Assembly: GCA_964035575.1 (NCBI GenBank)
Contig: OZ037835.1
Coordinates: forward strand, 1,984,001-2,048,000
Direction of reading: 5' to 3'
DNA from: Rhynchopus sp. YZ270_cl-10
Taxonomy: Eukaryota
Length of the DNA: 64,000 nucleotides
The notes beneath the pieces were generated by a model. That model saw nothing but the letters and a program-made list of their open reading frames with translations. It searched no databases and was not told the origin of the DNA. Position numbers and translations under genes: made by a program. How positions within the stretch are numbered: the stretch's first letter is position 1; each line of letters starts with the position of its first letter. Below are positions 34,009 through 45,268 of this stretch, piece after piece.

Positions 34009-35124
34009 TAAGGGTCCCCCTTTTCAGCTTTTGAAATAATAAAAGACATAAAAGACATAAAAGACGTTAAAAGACGTTAAAAGACATAACAGACATAAAA
34101 GACATGTTAAAAGACATGTAGTACACTTCCGGCTGTGCCTTGCTGTTGGCCTGAATGACACGGCTGCTGCATACCCCCTCGTCCGTGAGGAAGTGACCCA
34201 ACTCAGCAAGAACGCCTTCGTGGTCCTCCTCCTTGAACAACTCGTAACGGCTGTCTCTGGCTTTGCCAGCAGGTCTGTCTGTTACCCTGTTAGAACACCA
34301 GGATGTGGGCCTGAAGCGCAGGCTTTGCCTTCTCGTTCATGTCTGACTCGAACGCGTACGTCGTCGCCAACACCACTGTGTCATTTCCCAGGTACTGCTT
34401 GTTGTCTCTGTCTTGAACCACGGTAAGAAGTGTCACTTCGAGACACTTCTTACCGTGGTTTGGGTTGAAACTGGTGGTTTCTGGTGAATAACGCCGGTTT
34501 TTCCCACAGAACCCTTAATAAACGCACGTTTCTAAGGCATTTTACACCAAAACTCGCTGCACGAAAATAGGAGTTAAGTTGAATTCTAAACACCTCGATT
34601 TTTGGCCCAATCTTTCCAACGCCGAAAAAATCTTACACTTTGGTGCCTTTGCGTAAGTCGATTTTTAGTGGACCATATATGGGCGAAGGGGTGAGGGGAC
34701 GATAGCGGAAGCAATTTAGTTTTGCGAATCCTTCACAAACTCTCTGCCTCGTGGCGTTGATGAGCACAAATGAACGGAACTCAACGAACCGAACCGATCT
34801 GAACGCATCGTAAGCTAGATAAAACACGTGCGTGGTAACAAACGCAACACTGTGCATAGGTTTTTTTGGTCGTTTTTGCCCACAAACGACCTGTGTGGCC
34901 ACACATGGTCCTGACACCCCAGAAGCGCGTTTCCCAGCCCACATAGCCAGGTATGGACCCAAAAAAAAACCACCCAAAAAGGTGAAAATCCCGGTTTTAC
35001 AAACGCTGCATGTCTTTTATGTGTCTTTTATGTCTTTTAAGCGAAAAAGTGGGATTTTAAAAGACGATAAAAGACATAAAAGACGTCTTTTAAAAGACAT
35101 GTTAAAAGACAAGGGGGACCCTTA
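34009..35124. mobile_element. hAT-type non-autonomous element (1116 bp)
   Basis: 14-bp TIR TAAGGGTCCCCCTT / AAGGGGGACCCTTA; 8-bp TSD CTAAAACA; subterminal AAAAGACAT repeats; empty paralogous site AGGCCTAAAACAGCTTCC at ~29501. Confidence 0.9.
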
Positions 35125-35379
35125 CTAAAACAGCTTCCTTCGCACTCCCCACCCCCTCCCTGAAGCCCTTTCCTACCCCCCTCTCCCCTAGTAGACCCAA
35201 AACCCTGTTTGTAGAATACGGCAACCCCCTCCACGTGTACGTTTTTGTCATTGCGTTCTGCACATTCCTTCTGCAAAGAAGCTGTCCACTGAATACCGTA
35301 TCAACAACCCATCGCTATCACTCTGTACCTGCGGAATCGCCCCGAAAACAACAGACACAACAACGTACACAAACACACA

Positions 35380-37104
35380 ATGCCGAAGCGACACGCAGAC
35401 AGCACGCAGGACGAGAACCCACGAAAGAGAAGACAGCTTTCTGCAGACGAGGCCTTCGTGGAGGCTGCCAGGAACGGCGACATCACTGCCGTGCGGGCGT
35501 TCCTTGAGAAGTTCAACCCAGACAGAAAGAAAGTGGCCTTCGATGCTGCGCACGAGGCATGCAGAGGGAACCACGATGAATGCCTCACACTGCTTCTTCC
35601 GTATGTTGAGACAACGCAGATGGGCTTTGGGATGCTGCTGAGTGAGTGTGTCCACGCAGACCACGTTGCGTGCACGGAGGTCCTCTTGCAGCATTGGAAG
35701 TCCGTCTGCAACAACGTGGCGTTTGTCCTGCACGCATCCAAACACAGTGCAGGTATGGAGGATGACTGTCCGGCCATGTGGTCAGACCCTGCAGTGTGTC
35801 GCGTCTTGATTGATGCAGGGGCAGACTTACATACGAAAAACGAGTGGGAAGAGTCGCCTCTGCATTGTGCTTGCGCTTCAGGAGCACTTGACGTTGTGAA
35901 GATGTTGGTTGAAGCAGGTGCGGGAGTGCGTGCCACAGACGACCAAGGAGACACGTGTCTTTTCCTTGCGGCGCGTAAAGGGCAAACAGAGACTGTTCGC
36001 TATCTTGTGGGCTTGCCAGAGGTGGATGTGAACCACAGAAACGATGAAGCCTACACCGCGTTGCACTCTGCAGTTGAACACATAGATGTGGTGCAGGTGC
36101 TGATTGACGCAGGTGCAGACAGCGACGCACAGAACGAAGACGCAGGTCCGCCTCTTCAGCGGGCTTGCGGTTCGGGAGTACTCGAAGTTGTGAAGACATT
36201 TGTCAGAGCAGGTGCGGGAGTGTGTGACACCTGCCTTTGGTGTGCGGCGTATGATGGACACACTGAGATTGTGCGCTATCTTGTGGGCCTGCCAGAGGTG
36301 GATGTGGATTATAGAAGTGATGATGCGTACAAGACTGCGTTGTACTATGCGGTGTTTTGGCAGCATGCAGACGTTGTGCAGGTGCTGATTGATGCAGGTG
36401 CCGACATCGAAATTAATGACAACGACGGACGTTCGCTTCTGCACTGTGCTTGTACGCCCCTGGACTCTGCCCGTGGATCAGGAGCACTTGACATTGTGAA
36501 GATGTTGGTTGAAGCAGGTGCGGGGGTGCGTGAAACGGACAACGAAGGAGACACGTGTCTTATGCTTGCGGCACGTTGTGGACACACCGAGATTGTGCGC
36601 TATCTTGTGGGCCTGCCAGAGGTGGATGTGAATCGCCGATCAACAGCAACAGCAGATTCTTCCAACCACACTGCGTTGCACTTAGCGGTGTTTAGGAAGC
36701 ACACAGACGTGCTGCAGGTGCTGATTGATGCAGGTGCAGACATCGACACACAGAACAACGACGGATATACACCTCTGCACTCTGCTTGCGCTTCAGGAGC
36801 ACTTGACATGGTGAAGATGTTGGTCAGAGCAGGTGCGGGAGTGCGTGTCACTGACAATGGTGGATGCACGTGTCTTCACGTTGCGGCACGTTTTGGACAC
36901 ACCGAGACTGTGCGCTATCTTGTGGGCTTGCCAGAGGTGGAACTGAATCACCGTGACACTAAAAAGAACTACACTGCCTTGCAGTATGCGGTGGGGAATT
37001 ATCACAAAGACATTGCACAGGTGCTGCTTGATGTATTGTACTTGGAACTTGAAGCAGAAAAATCTCGTTCCTCGCGAACTCGACCCTGCAGCTGCGTGTG
37101 TTAG
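35380..37104 (+). CDS. Ankyrin-repeat protein copy 11 (574 aa, 4 modules, LELEA tail)
   Basis: Open frame from the family ATG. Confidence 0.93.
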   Translation: MPKRHADSTQDENPRKRRQLSADEAFVEAARNGDITAVRAFLEKFNPDRKKVAFDAAHEACRGNHDECLTLLLPYVETTQMGFGMLLSECVHADHVACTEVLLQHWKSVCNNVAFVLHASKHSAGMEDDCPAMWSDPAVCRVLIDAGADLHTKNEWEESPLHCACASGALDVVKMLVEAGAGVRATDDQGDTCLFLAARKGQTETVRYLVGLPEVDVNHRNDEAYTALHSAVEHIDVVQVLIDAGADSDAQNEDAGPPLQRACGSGVLEVVKTFVRAGAGVCDTCLWCAAYDGHTEIVRYLVGLPEVDVDYRSDDAYKTALYYAVFWQHADVVQVLIDAGADIEINDNDGRSLLHCACTPLDSARGSGALDIVKMLVEAGAGVRETDNEGDTCLMLAARCGHTEIVRYLVGLPEVDVNRRSTATADSSNHTALHLAVFRKHTDVLQVLIDAGADIDTQNNDGYTPLHSACASGALDMVKMLVRAGAGVRVTDNGGCTCLHVAARFGHTETVRYLVGLPEVELNHRDTKKNYTALQYAVGNYHKDIAQVLLDVLYLELEAEKSRSSRTRPCSCVC

Positions 37105-38835
37105 AGAGACTTTCATCTCACAATGTTTTCTTCCACTACGTCTGGAACAGCATCAGAAGTTCTTCTACATCATGAGTCTTACCGTTTCCCCTTCCCCCCT
37201 TTTGTGCTCCACCTCTCCACCTACTTCAGGACACAGCTGTTCGTAGTGTTGCGAGTCTTCTAGTGGTTTGTACCATAAGCAGATGCGATCGTGCACTGAT
37301 GAGCTCCTCCTCAGACTCGCGACAGAGGGGACGGATTTACCCTACTTGCTAGACGTGCAGATGCTCAACGACAAAGGTAGCTGCGAGGGTCGAGTTTCAA
37401 GATTAGATGGCCCGCCGTGACACCGAACATGCCCTGCATGCCGCCCTACCCTGCAGCACCCCGATAACTTGACGTGCCCAATGTACAGTGGACACCCTGC
37501 AATACATGGTGGAACTGCTCAGGCACTGGCACCCACTGTGTGCGTGCCTCTCTGCTCTGTAGTGTAGTGGACATGCATTGCATGCTTCCCTTAGGAGCAC
37601 CTGTGCACTCGTGTCCTGCAGCCCCTCTCCTCCTACCCGCCGACCGTGCCCCGGCCATCACGACCCCCATTTCTTCGACCCATACTCAGCAGACGGGAGT
37701 CTCCTTCACAGCCAACCCAGAACACAGCCCTGCAGCCGAGCCTTGCGTCGCTCCTCCGATGCCACCCCCTGCAGCCTGGTAATGCTAGATGTCGTCAACA
37801 GCTGTGGTCCAAGGAGGTCCTCAGTGTCGTCAGCCAGTCCCCTTATCATCTAAAAAGACTAAAATTGAAATCGCGCTCCACTACTTTTCCTTTTTATGTT
37901 TTTCCCCCACCCCCGAAAACAATAAAGCAATAAAAACAATAAAGACAAAAGGGAGAGGTTGTGGTGAAACGCACACACCTCGACCTGTCGGTGAAATGTG
38001 GCTCTACTCCAACCCGCCCCGGATTAGAAAAATGGAAAAAAGGATGGAGTAGGGAGCGGTGTTCAATTTCCTTTTAGCATTGCATGTAATCATATTAAAA
38101 AAATGGAAAAAGGATGGGAGTAGGGTACGGTGTTCAATTTCCTTTTAGCATTGCATGTAATCATACAATAATAAAACCAAACTAGACAAAGCCGCTCACA
38201 TCCCCTCGAGGCAGAACAAAGAATGTAATATTGCCCTTCCTGAAGTATCATCTCAGCCGGATATCTGCCGTAAAAGCGTGAAGAGGTTACGAGATTCATC
38301 AAAAGCAAATACAATAAAAAATAAAGTTCCACATTCTCCCAAAACCTCAGTAACTTATTTGGACGCCAAGCTCTCCAATTTGACTCCAATTTATTAGGAA
38401 AATGCGTGTTCCTGTTTTACTACTCATTTGCCACACACACGAACACTGCTCCTGAGCATCAATAAGAGCACGTAGCCCCCTCTGGTGGGTGTTCAGCATG
38501 TTTGCCATGACTTACAACTGCACCTCTTAGGGAGCATAGAAGAATAGTGCTGACGTTTCAGTGACTGATGATTTCTTTGTTGCAGGGCCACCCCTGAGTT
38601 AGGTCCTGTGTTAAAAACCTAACGTCGTTTTAAACCCAAACTTCGACCGTTTGTTTCTTTCACCGAGTCGTGAGAACACGTCGGTAGAAGTGCCTCGTTG
38701 ACACGGGATTGGATGAGGCCAGCGATCAAGCACCAGAAGCTGTCCACTGAATACCGTATCAACAACCCATCGCTATCACTCTGCACCTGCGGAATCGCCC
38801 CAAAAACAACAGACACAAAAATACACAAACACACA

Positions 38836-40536
38836 ATGCCGAAGCGACACGCAGACAGCACGGAGGACGAGAACCCACGAAAGAGAAGACAGCTTTCTGC
38901 AGACGAGGCCTTCGTGGAGGCTGCCAGGAACGGCGACACGACTGCCGTGCGGGCGGTACTAGATCTGTTCAGACCGGACAGAGAGAAAGTGTCCTTCGAT
39001 GCTGCGCACGAGGCATGCAGAGGGAACCACGATGAATGCCTCACACTGCTTCTTCCGTATGTTGAGACAACGCAGATGGGCTTTGGGATCCTGCTGAGTG
39101 AGTGTGTCCACGCAGACCGCGTTGCGTGCACGGAGGTCCTCTTGCAGCATTGGAAGTCTGTCTGCAACAACGTGGCGTTTGTCCCGCACGAGGCCAACCA
39201 CAGCGGAGGTGAGGAGGGTGACTGTCCTGCCATGTGGTCAGACCCTGCAGTGTGTGGTGTCTTGATTGATGCAGGGGCAGACTTACATACAAAAAACAAC
39301 TGGCAAGAGTCGCCTCTGCACTATGCTTGCCAAAAAGGAGCACTTGACGTTGTGAAAATGTTGGTTGAAGCAGGTGCGGGAGTGCGTGTAACGGAAGAAG
39401 ACGGACACATGTGTCTTACACATGCGGCGCGTAATGGACGCACCGAGACTGTGCGCTATCTTGTGGGCTTGTTCCAGGTGGATGTGAATCACGAAAGCGA
39501 TGAAGGCTTCACTGCGTTGCACTTAGCGTATGAACACACAGACGTGGTGCAGGTGCTGATTGAAGCAGGTGCAGACATCAACACAGAGAGCGACGAATTA
39601 AGTCCTCCTCTGCAGTGTGCTTGCCGTTGGGGAGCACTTGACGCTGTGAAGATTTTGGTCAGAGCAGGTGCGGTAGTGAGTGACACCTGCCTTTGGCGTG
39701 CGGTGGATCAAGGACGCACCGAGACTGTGCGCTATCTTTTGTGCTTGCCAGAGGTGGATGTGAATTACCGAAATGATGACCACAAAACTGCATTGAGCAA
39801 TGCGGTGTTTTGGAAGCATGCAGACGTAGTGCAGGTGCTGATTGATGCAGGTGCAGACATCTACGCACATAACGACGAGCGACGTTCGCTTCTGCATTCT
39901 GCTTGTACGCCTCTGTTCTCTGCTTGCGAATCAAAATCACTTGCCATTGTGAAGATGTTGGTTGAAGCAGGTGTGGGAGTGCGTGACACGGACAACGAAG
40001 GGCACACGTGTCTTATGCATGCGGCGTGGCAGGGAAACATCGAGATTGTGCGCTATCTTGTGGGACTGCCAGAGGTGGATTTGAATCGCCAATCAACAGC
40101 AATAGCTGATGCTTCCAACCACACTGCGTTGCACTTAGCGGTGTTTAGGAAGCACACAGACGTGATGCAGGTGCTGATTGATGCGGGTGCAGACATCGAC
40201 GCACAGAACAACGAGGGACGTTCGCCTCTGCACTCTGCTTGCAAATATGGAACACTTGACGTTGTGAAGATGTTGGTCAGAGCAGGTGCGGGAGTACGCG
40301 TCACAGACAATGATGGATGCACGTGTCTTATCCTTGCGGCACGTTGTGGACACACCGAGACTGTGCGCTATCTTGTGGGCTTGCCAGAGGTGGAACTGAA
40401 TCACCGAGACACTGAAAAGAACTACACTGCGTTGCAGTATGCCGTGGACGAAAATCACAATTACCTTGCACAGATGCTGCTTGGCGAATTGTACTTGGAG
40501 CTTGAGGCAGAAAAATCCCGTACCTCGCGAATGTGA
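38836..40536 (+). CDS. Ankyrin-repeat protein copy 12 (566 aa, 4 modules, LELEA tail)
   Basis: Open frame from the family ATG. Confidence 0.93.
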   Translation: MPKRHADSTEDENPRKRRQLSADEAFVEAARNGDTTAVRAVLDLFRPDREKVSFDAAHEACRGNHDECLTLLLPYVETTQMGFGILLSECVHADRVACTEVLLQHWKSVCNNVAFVPHEANHSGGEEGDCPAMWSDPAVCGVLIDAGADLHTKNNWQESPLHYACQKGALDVVKMLVEAGAGVRVTEEDGHMCLTHAARNGRTETVRYLVGLFQVDVNHESDEGFTALHLAYEHTDVVQVLIEAGADINTESDELSPPLQCACRWGALDAVKILVRAGAVVSDTCLWRAVDQGRTETVRYLLCLPEVDVNYRNDDHKTALSNAVFWKHADVVQVLIDAGADIYAHNDERRSLLHSACTPLFSACESKSLAIVKMLVEAGVGVRDTDNEGHTCLMHAAWQGNIEIVRYLVGLPEVDLNRQSTAIADASNHTALHLAVFRKHTDVMQVLIDAGADIDAQNNEGRSPLHSACKYGTLDVVKMLVRAGAGVRVTDNDGCTCLILAARCGHTETVRYLVGLPEVELNHRDTEKNYTALQYAVDENHNYLAQMLLGELYLELEAEKSRTSRM

Positions 40537-41347
40537 CCTCCTAGCTGCGTTGGAGGTGGTGGGGTGTTTCAGTTGCAAGGTGGCACAGGACGAGAGGCTT
40601 TCATCTTACGAAGGATTCTTCTTCATCTGGACGACGTGCTTTAGTTCACTGCGTTTGTGCCCCTTTTTTATCGGAAAGAAGCAGTGCACCTAGCCACTCT
40701 TGAAATCCATATCTTCTCTGCAGAAGCCCTGCATTTAGAGCGTTTCAAAGGAGCTTTTGAAGCGGCCCAGACCCACATCATAAGGCTTGCGTTATGAGTG
40801 GGAAGGGGCAAGATGGAGAAGGGGGGGCACCACAGAGTCAATGGATGCAAGGTTGGATGAAGCAGACTCAGTCGGAAGAGGTTTTTTTTTGTTATTTTAG
40901 GCTAGGTTTTTTTGATCAGGGTTTTTGGGTATTGTTTTTTTGTCCATAGTTTTGATTGCTAAACCACTGCACGACAAGATGGCAAACAGGTGCAGGGGGG
41001 TTTCGTGCTTATCATAGAACCTGGCACCTTGTGTGTCTTCCAAAAACCAAAAAGCGTTATGTGTGAAGTTTTGCGTTACGTGTAGTTTTGAAGGATTAGA
41101 TATGAAGAGGGTGTTACTGTGTCTGTGTAGGAAATGTACAGAAGTGCTGGGTTGGCAGCCAGAGAAATTGTTTATCAGATGCGTTGTCCAAAAAGCGTTG
41201 TGTGTAGTTTTGAAGGAAGGAAAAATAATCAACAAAACAGTAAACAACGAATAAAGAGACAAGGTGGGGGCGATTCACTTTTTTTTTTTCAGTACAACAC
41301 TCCCCACAGGTGTTTTATAGCTTCCTTCGCACTCCCCACCCCCTCCC

Positions 41348-42663
41348 CAGTGATGCAGGAATCCAGGGTCCCAAACAAAAAAACCCAAAAAACCCAAAAA
41401 AACCAAAAAAACCCATAAAAACCCAAAAAAACCCAAAAAAACCAAACCAAAAAAACCCATAAAAACCCAAAAAAACCCAAAAAAACCTTAAAAAAACCCA
41501 CCGCACTATATTTTGCTTTTGGGGCGTGGAGTGTGATTTTTTTTGCTCAAAACATCGCAAATATGAATTTTCGGAGCGATCCGAAAAAAATGCGGGGTCG
41601 GACATTTTTTTTGGTGGAGTTTAAGCCACCTAAAATTGACTTCTAAGTCAGACGTTCTATACGGTTTCTGAACAATTTTAGTGCCGTGAGTTTACGTGTA
41701 TAAACCTTCTGTTACGTGTGCACCTACAGCTACAACAGGCGTTTTCACCTGGAGTTTCACCTCTTTTGGTGGGTTTTTTGAGTCCATACCCAGGTATGTG
41801 GGGTGGGAAACGCGATTCCGGTGTAAGAACCATGGGTGGTTCCACTGCAGTACCACGTAACCCACGTTTAAATCCCAAAAAACCCCGGTGACACCATCTT
41901 CTCGGTGAGCAATGAGTGTTACCCGCGCGTGCTCCTTTCGTCACGCAAACCAAAAAGCGGTGCAATGTTGTGAATTTTTGAAGATTTTGTGTGTTTTCCT
42001 GATTTTCGTACATTTTGTTGCGTTTTGGGTTATGATATTGTAGATTTTTGTGTAGATTTCGTGGGTTTTTTCGTTTTTTTTGTTGTAAATTTGGGCGACC
42101 GCCTAAAACACCAAAAATGCAGGTTGGTACCGCAATGAGGCAGAATAGTGCCTATACACATTGTTGTCCTTTACCGTGGGTGTCCAAAGACACACTCTTT
42201 TGGCTGAAAATGGAGGGTGCGTGCTGGGCAGCTTCACTGCCCACATTAATACAGTAAAACTGGCTGGTGCCTGTATGAAGTGGTTTTTCAGGTCAAAAAT
42301 GGCCTGAAAAAGTGGTGTTTTCGGGGTCTGGTACCTGTGTGTGACCATACTACAGGTGGTATGATGAGTGATCTGACCATATTCTCCAGGTATAACAAAC
42401 ACCTAAAAAACCAATTGGCGAAGGAATTTTACACTTTTGACCACCACACATTACATGTTTACCAAGGCATTTTTTCCATGCACTTGTGTGCTGGGAAGCA
42501 TACCGCCAGTGTTAAAAATTCACGAATACCCTACCAAAAACCAGAAAGTCAAAAAACCCATAAAAACCCGAGAAAACTGGTTTTGAAAAAACCCGAAAAA
42601 ACCCAAAAAAACCCATAAAAACCCGCATAAAAACCCATCGAAAAAACCCACCTTGCATCACTA
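41348..42663. mobile_element. hAT-type non-autonomous element (1316 bp)
   Basis: Termini CAGTGATGCA / TGCATCACTA; 8-bp TSD CCCCTCCC; AAAAAACCC subterminal repeats; empty sites in the paralogous upstream motif (e.g. ~10780, ~45040). Confidence 0.88.
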
Positions 42664-42842
42664 CCCCTCCCTGAAGCCCTTTCCTTTCCCCCTCTCCCCC
42701 AGTAGACCCAAAACCCTGTTTGTAGAATACGGCAACCCCCTCCACGTGTACGTTTTTGTCATTGCGTTCTGCATATTTGTTCGAAGAAGCCGTCCATGCA
42801 CAACATTATTCACAATAGGCACAGCAACAATACAAACACACG

Positions 42843-44075
42843 ATGCCGAAGCGACGCGCAGAAAGCACGAAGGAGGAGAAGTCACGAAAGAAAAGACAGC
42901 TTTCTGCAGACAAGGCCTTCGTGGAGGCTGCAAGGAACGGCGACACGACTGCCGTGCGGGCGTTCCTTGAGAAGTTCAACCCAGACAGAAAGAAACTGGC
43001 CTTCAAAGCTGCGCACGAGGCATGCAGAGGGAACCACGATGAATGCCTCACACTGCTTCTTTCGTATGTTGAGACAACGCAGATGGGCTTTGGGATCCTG
43101 CTGAGTGAGTGTGTCCACGCAGACCACGTTGCGTGCACGGAGGTCCTCTTGCAGCATTGGAAGTCCGTCTGCAACAACGTGGCGTTTGTCCCGTACAGGT
43201 CCGAGAACAGCCCGTTTTCGTTTGACTGTCCTGCCATGTGGTCAGACCCTGCAGTGTGTCGCGTCTTGATTGATGCAGGGGCAGACTTACATACAAGAAA
43301 CAACTGCCAAGAGTCGCCTCTGCACTATGCTTGCAAAGAAGGATCACTTGACGTTGTGAAGATGTTGGTCGAAGCAGGTGTGGAAGTCTGTGCCACGGAC
43401 GACTATGGAGACACGTGTCTTATCCGTGCGGCGTGTTCTGGACACACCGAGACTGTGCGCTATCTTGTGGGCTTGTTCCAGGTGGATGTGAACCACGAAA
43501 ACGATGAAGGCCGCACTGCGTTGCACGATGCGGTGGGGTGCACAGACGTGGTGCAGGTGCTGATTGAAGCAGGTGCAGACATCGACGCAGAGAGCGACGA
43601 GGGATGTTCGCCTCTGCAGTGTGCTTGCATGATTGGAGCGCTCGAAGTTGTGAAGATTTTGGTCAGAGCAGGTGCGGGAGTCCGTACCACAGATGTTGGA
43701 GGGAACACGTGTCTTCATGATGCGGCAAGATATGGACACACTAAGACTGTGCACTATCTTTTGTGCTTGCCAGAGGTGGATGTGAATCACCGAAATAATA
43801 GCGACAACACTGCGTTGCAGTGTGTGCTGTCACATATGTACACAGAAGAATACACAGACGTGGTGCAGGTGCTGATTGATGCAGGTGCAGATATTGGCAC
43901 ACAGAACCACGCGATCAGTTGGCCTGCTTGAAGGACGCTTGACGTGAAGATGTTGGTCAGAGCAGGTGCGGGAGTGCGTGTCGCAGACCATGCAGGTGCG
44001 CAGGTGCTGATTGATGTATTGTACTTGGAGCTTGAGGCAGCAAACTCTCGATTAAAATCTCGTGCCTCGCGACTT
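42843..44075 (+). pseudogene. Ankyrin copy 13, premature stop at 43931 with a degraded tail remnant
   Basis: 362-aa ORF (MPKRRAESTKEEKSRKKRQ...). Scrambled sequence after the second module, then an out-of-frame KMLVRAGAGVRVADHAGAQVLIDVLYLELEA. Confidence 0.8.
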
Positions 44076-45268
44076 CGACCCTGCAGCTGCGTGTGTTAGC
44101 TGCGTTGGAGGTGGTGGGGTGTTTCAGTTGCAAGGTCACAGGACGAGAGGCTTTCATCTCACTATGTTTTCTTCCGCAGTACGTCTGGAAAAGCATCCGA
44201 AGTTCTTCTACATCATGAGTCTTACCGTTTCCCCTTCCCCCCTTTTGTGCTCCACCTCTCCACCTACTTCAGGACGAAGGTTTTTGGGTGCCAGCTGCCA
44301 TAAAAGACCTTTTTGCAATACTTTATTTTTTATTTTATAAAAGGTGTGTGCGTTTCACCACAACCTGTCCCTTTTGTCTTTTAAGACTTTGTTCCCCTTT
44401 TACAACAAGTCAAGTTGTTGTTCCACTTTTGTCTTGTAAGACTTTGTTTCTTCTGCACTTGCGCCAAAAAACAGCAAAGCCTTGCGAACATGACTTTGGT
44501 GACCATCTTTGGTTCTGCACTTGCGCCAAAAAACAGCAAAGCCTTGCGAACATGACTTTGGTGACCATCTTTGGTTCTGAACAAGATAAAACAAAAAGCT
44601 TGCGTTTGTTTTATCGAACAGATTTTATTCTCCGCCCCGTACCCAAAACATAAACACCACTGTGAATCAGAAAAAATATTTTCCCTTTTCTTTTTTCTTC
44701 CACACACGCTTGTTTTGTGCTTCGTTCATTTTTTATTAAAAAAGCCTTGTTTCGAGTGCGAAACGTTTCACCATGGATTACACGAACATGTACACCATCA
44801 TCACGTCACCATCTGCACTCGTGTAGGCCTTCGACACATGACAAGCAGGGGTGGATGGGATGCGGACTAGAAGATCACAGGGGAGTATGACAAGAAGGAG
44901 TACTTCTCTCACCAGGACCACCTGATGCTGACAGACATCACTGCTGAGGGTGGGAAGGCAAAGGCCCGCCTCTACGGGTTTGCGGGTTTGCAAAATAGAG
45001 ACAAGCGTGGTGGGTGTTTCAGTTTATATTCACTCCCCACCCCCTCCCTGAAGCCCTTTCCTTTCCCCCTCTCCCCCAGTAGACCCAAAACCCTGTTTGT
45101 AGAATACGGCAACCCCCTCCACGTGTACGTTTTTGTCATTGCGTTCTGCACATTCCTTCTGCAAAGAAGCCGTCCACTGAATACCGTATCAACAACCCAT
45201 CGCTATCACTCTGCACCTGCGGAATCGCACCAAAAAGAACAGACACAACAACAATACACAAACACACA

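Noticed and set aside
42120..42280. Minus-strand peptide WAVKLPSTHPPFSAKRVCLWTPTVKDNNVYRHYS as a hAT dimerisation remnant
   Set aside because: Resemblance is too weak to assert by eye.
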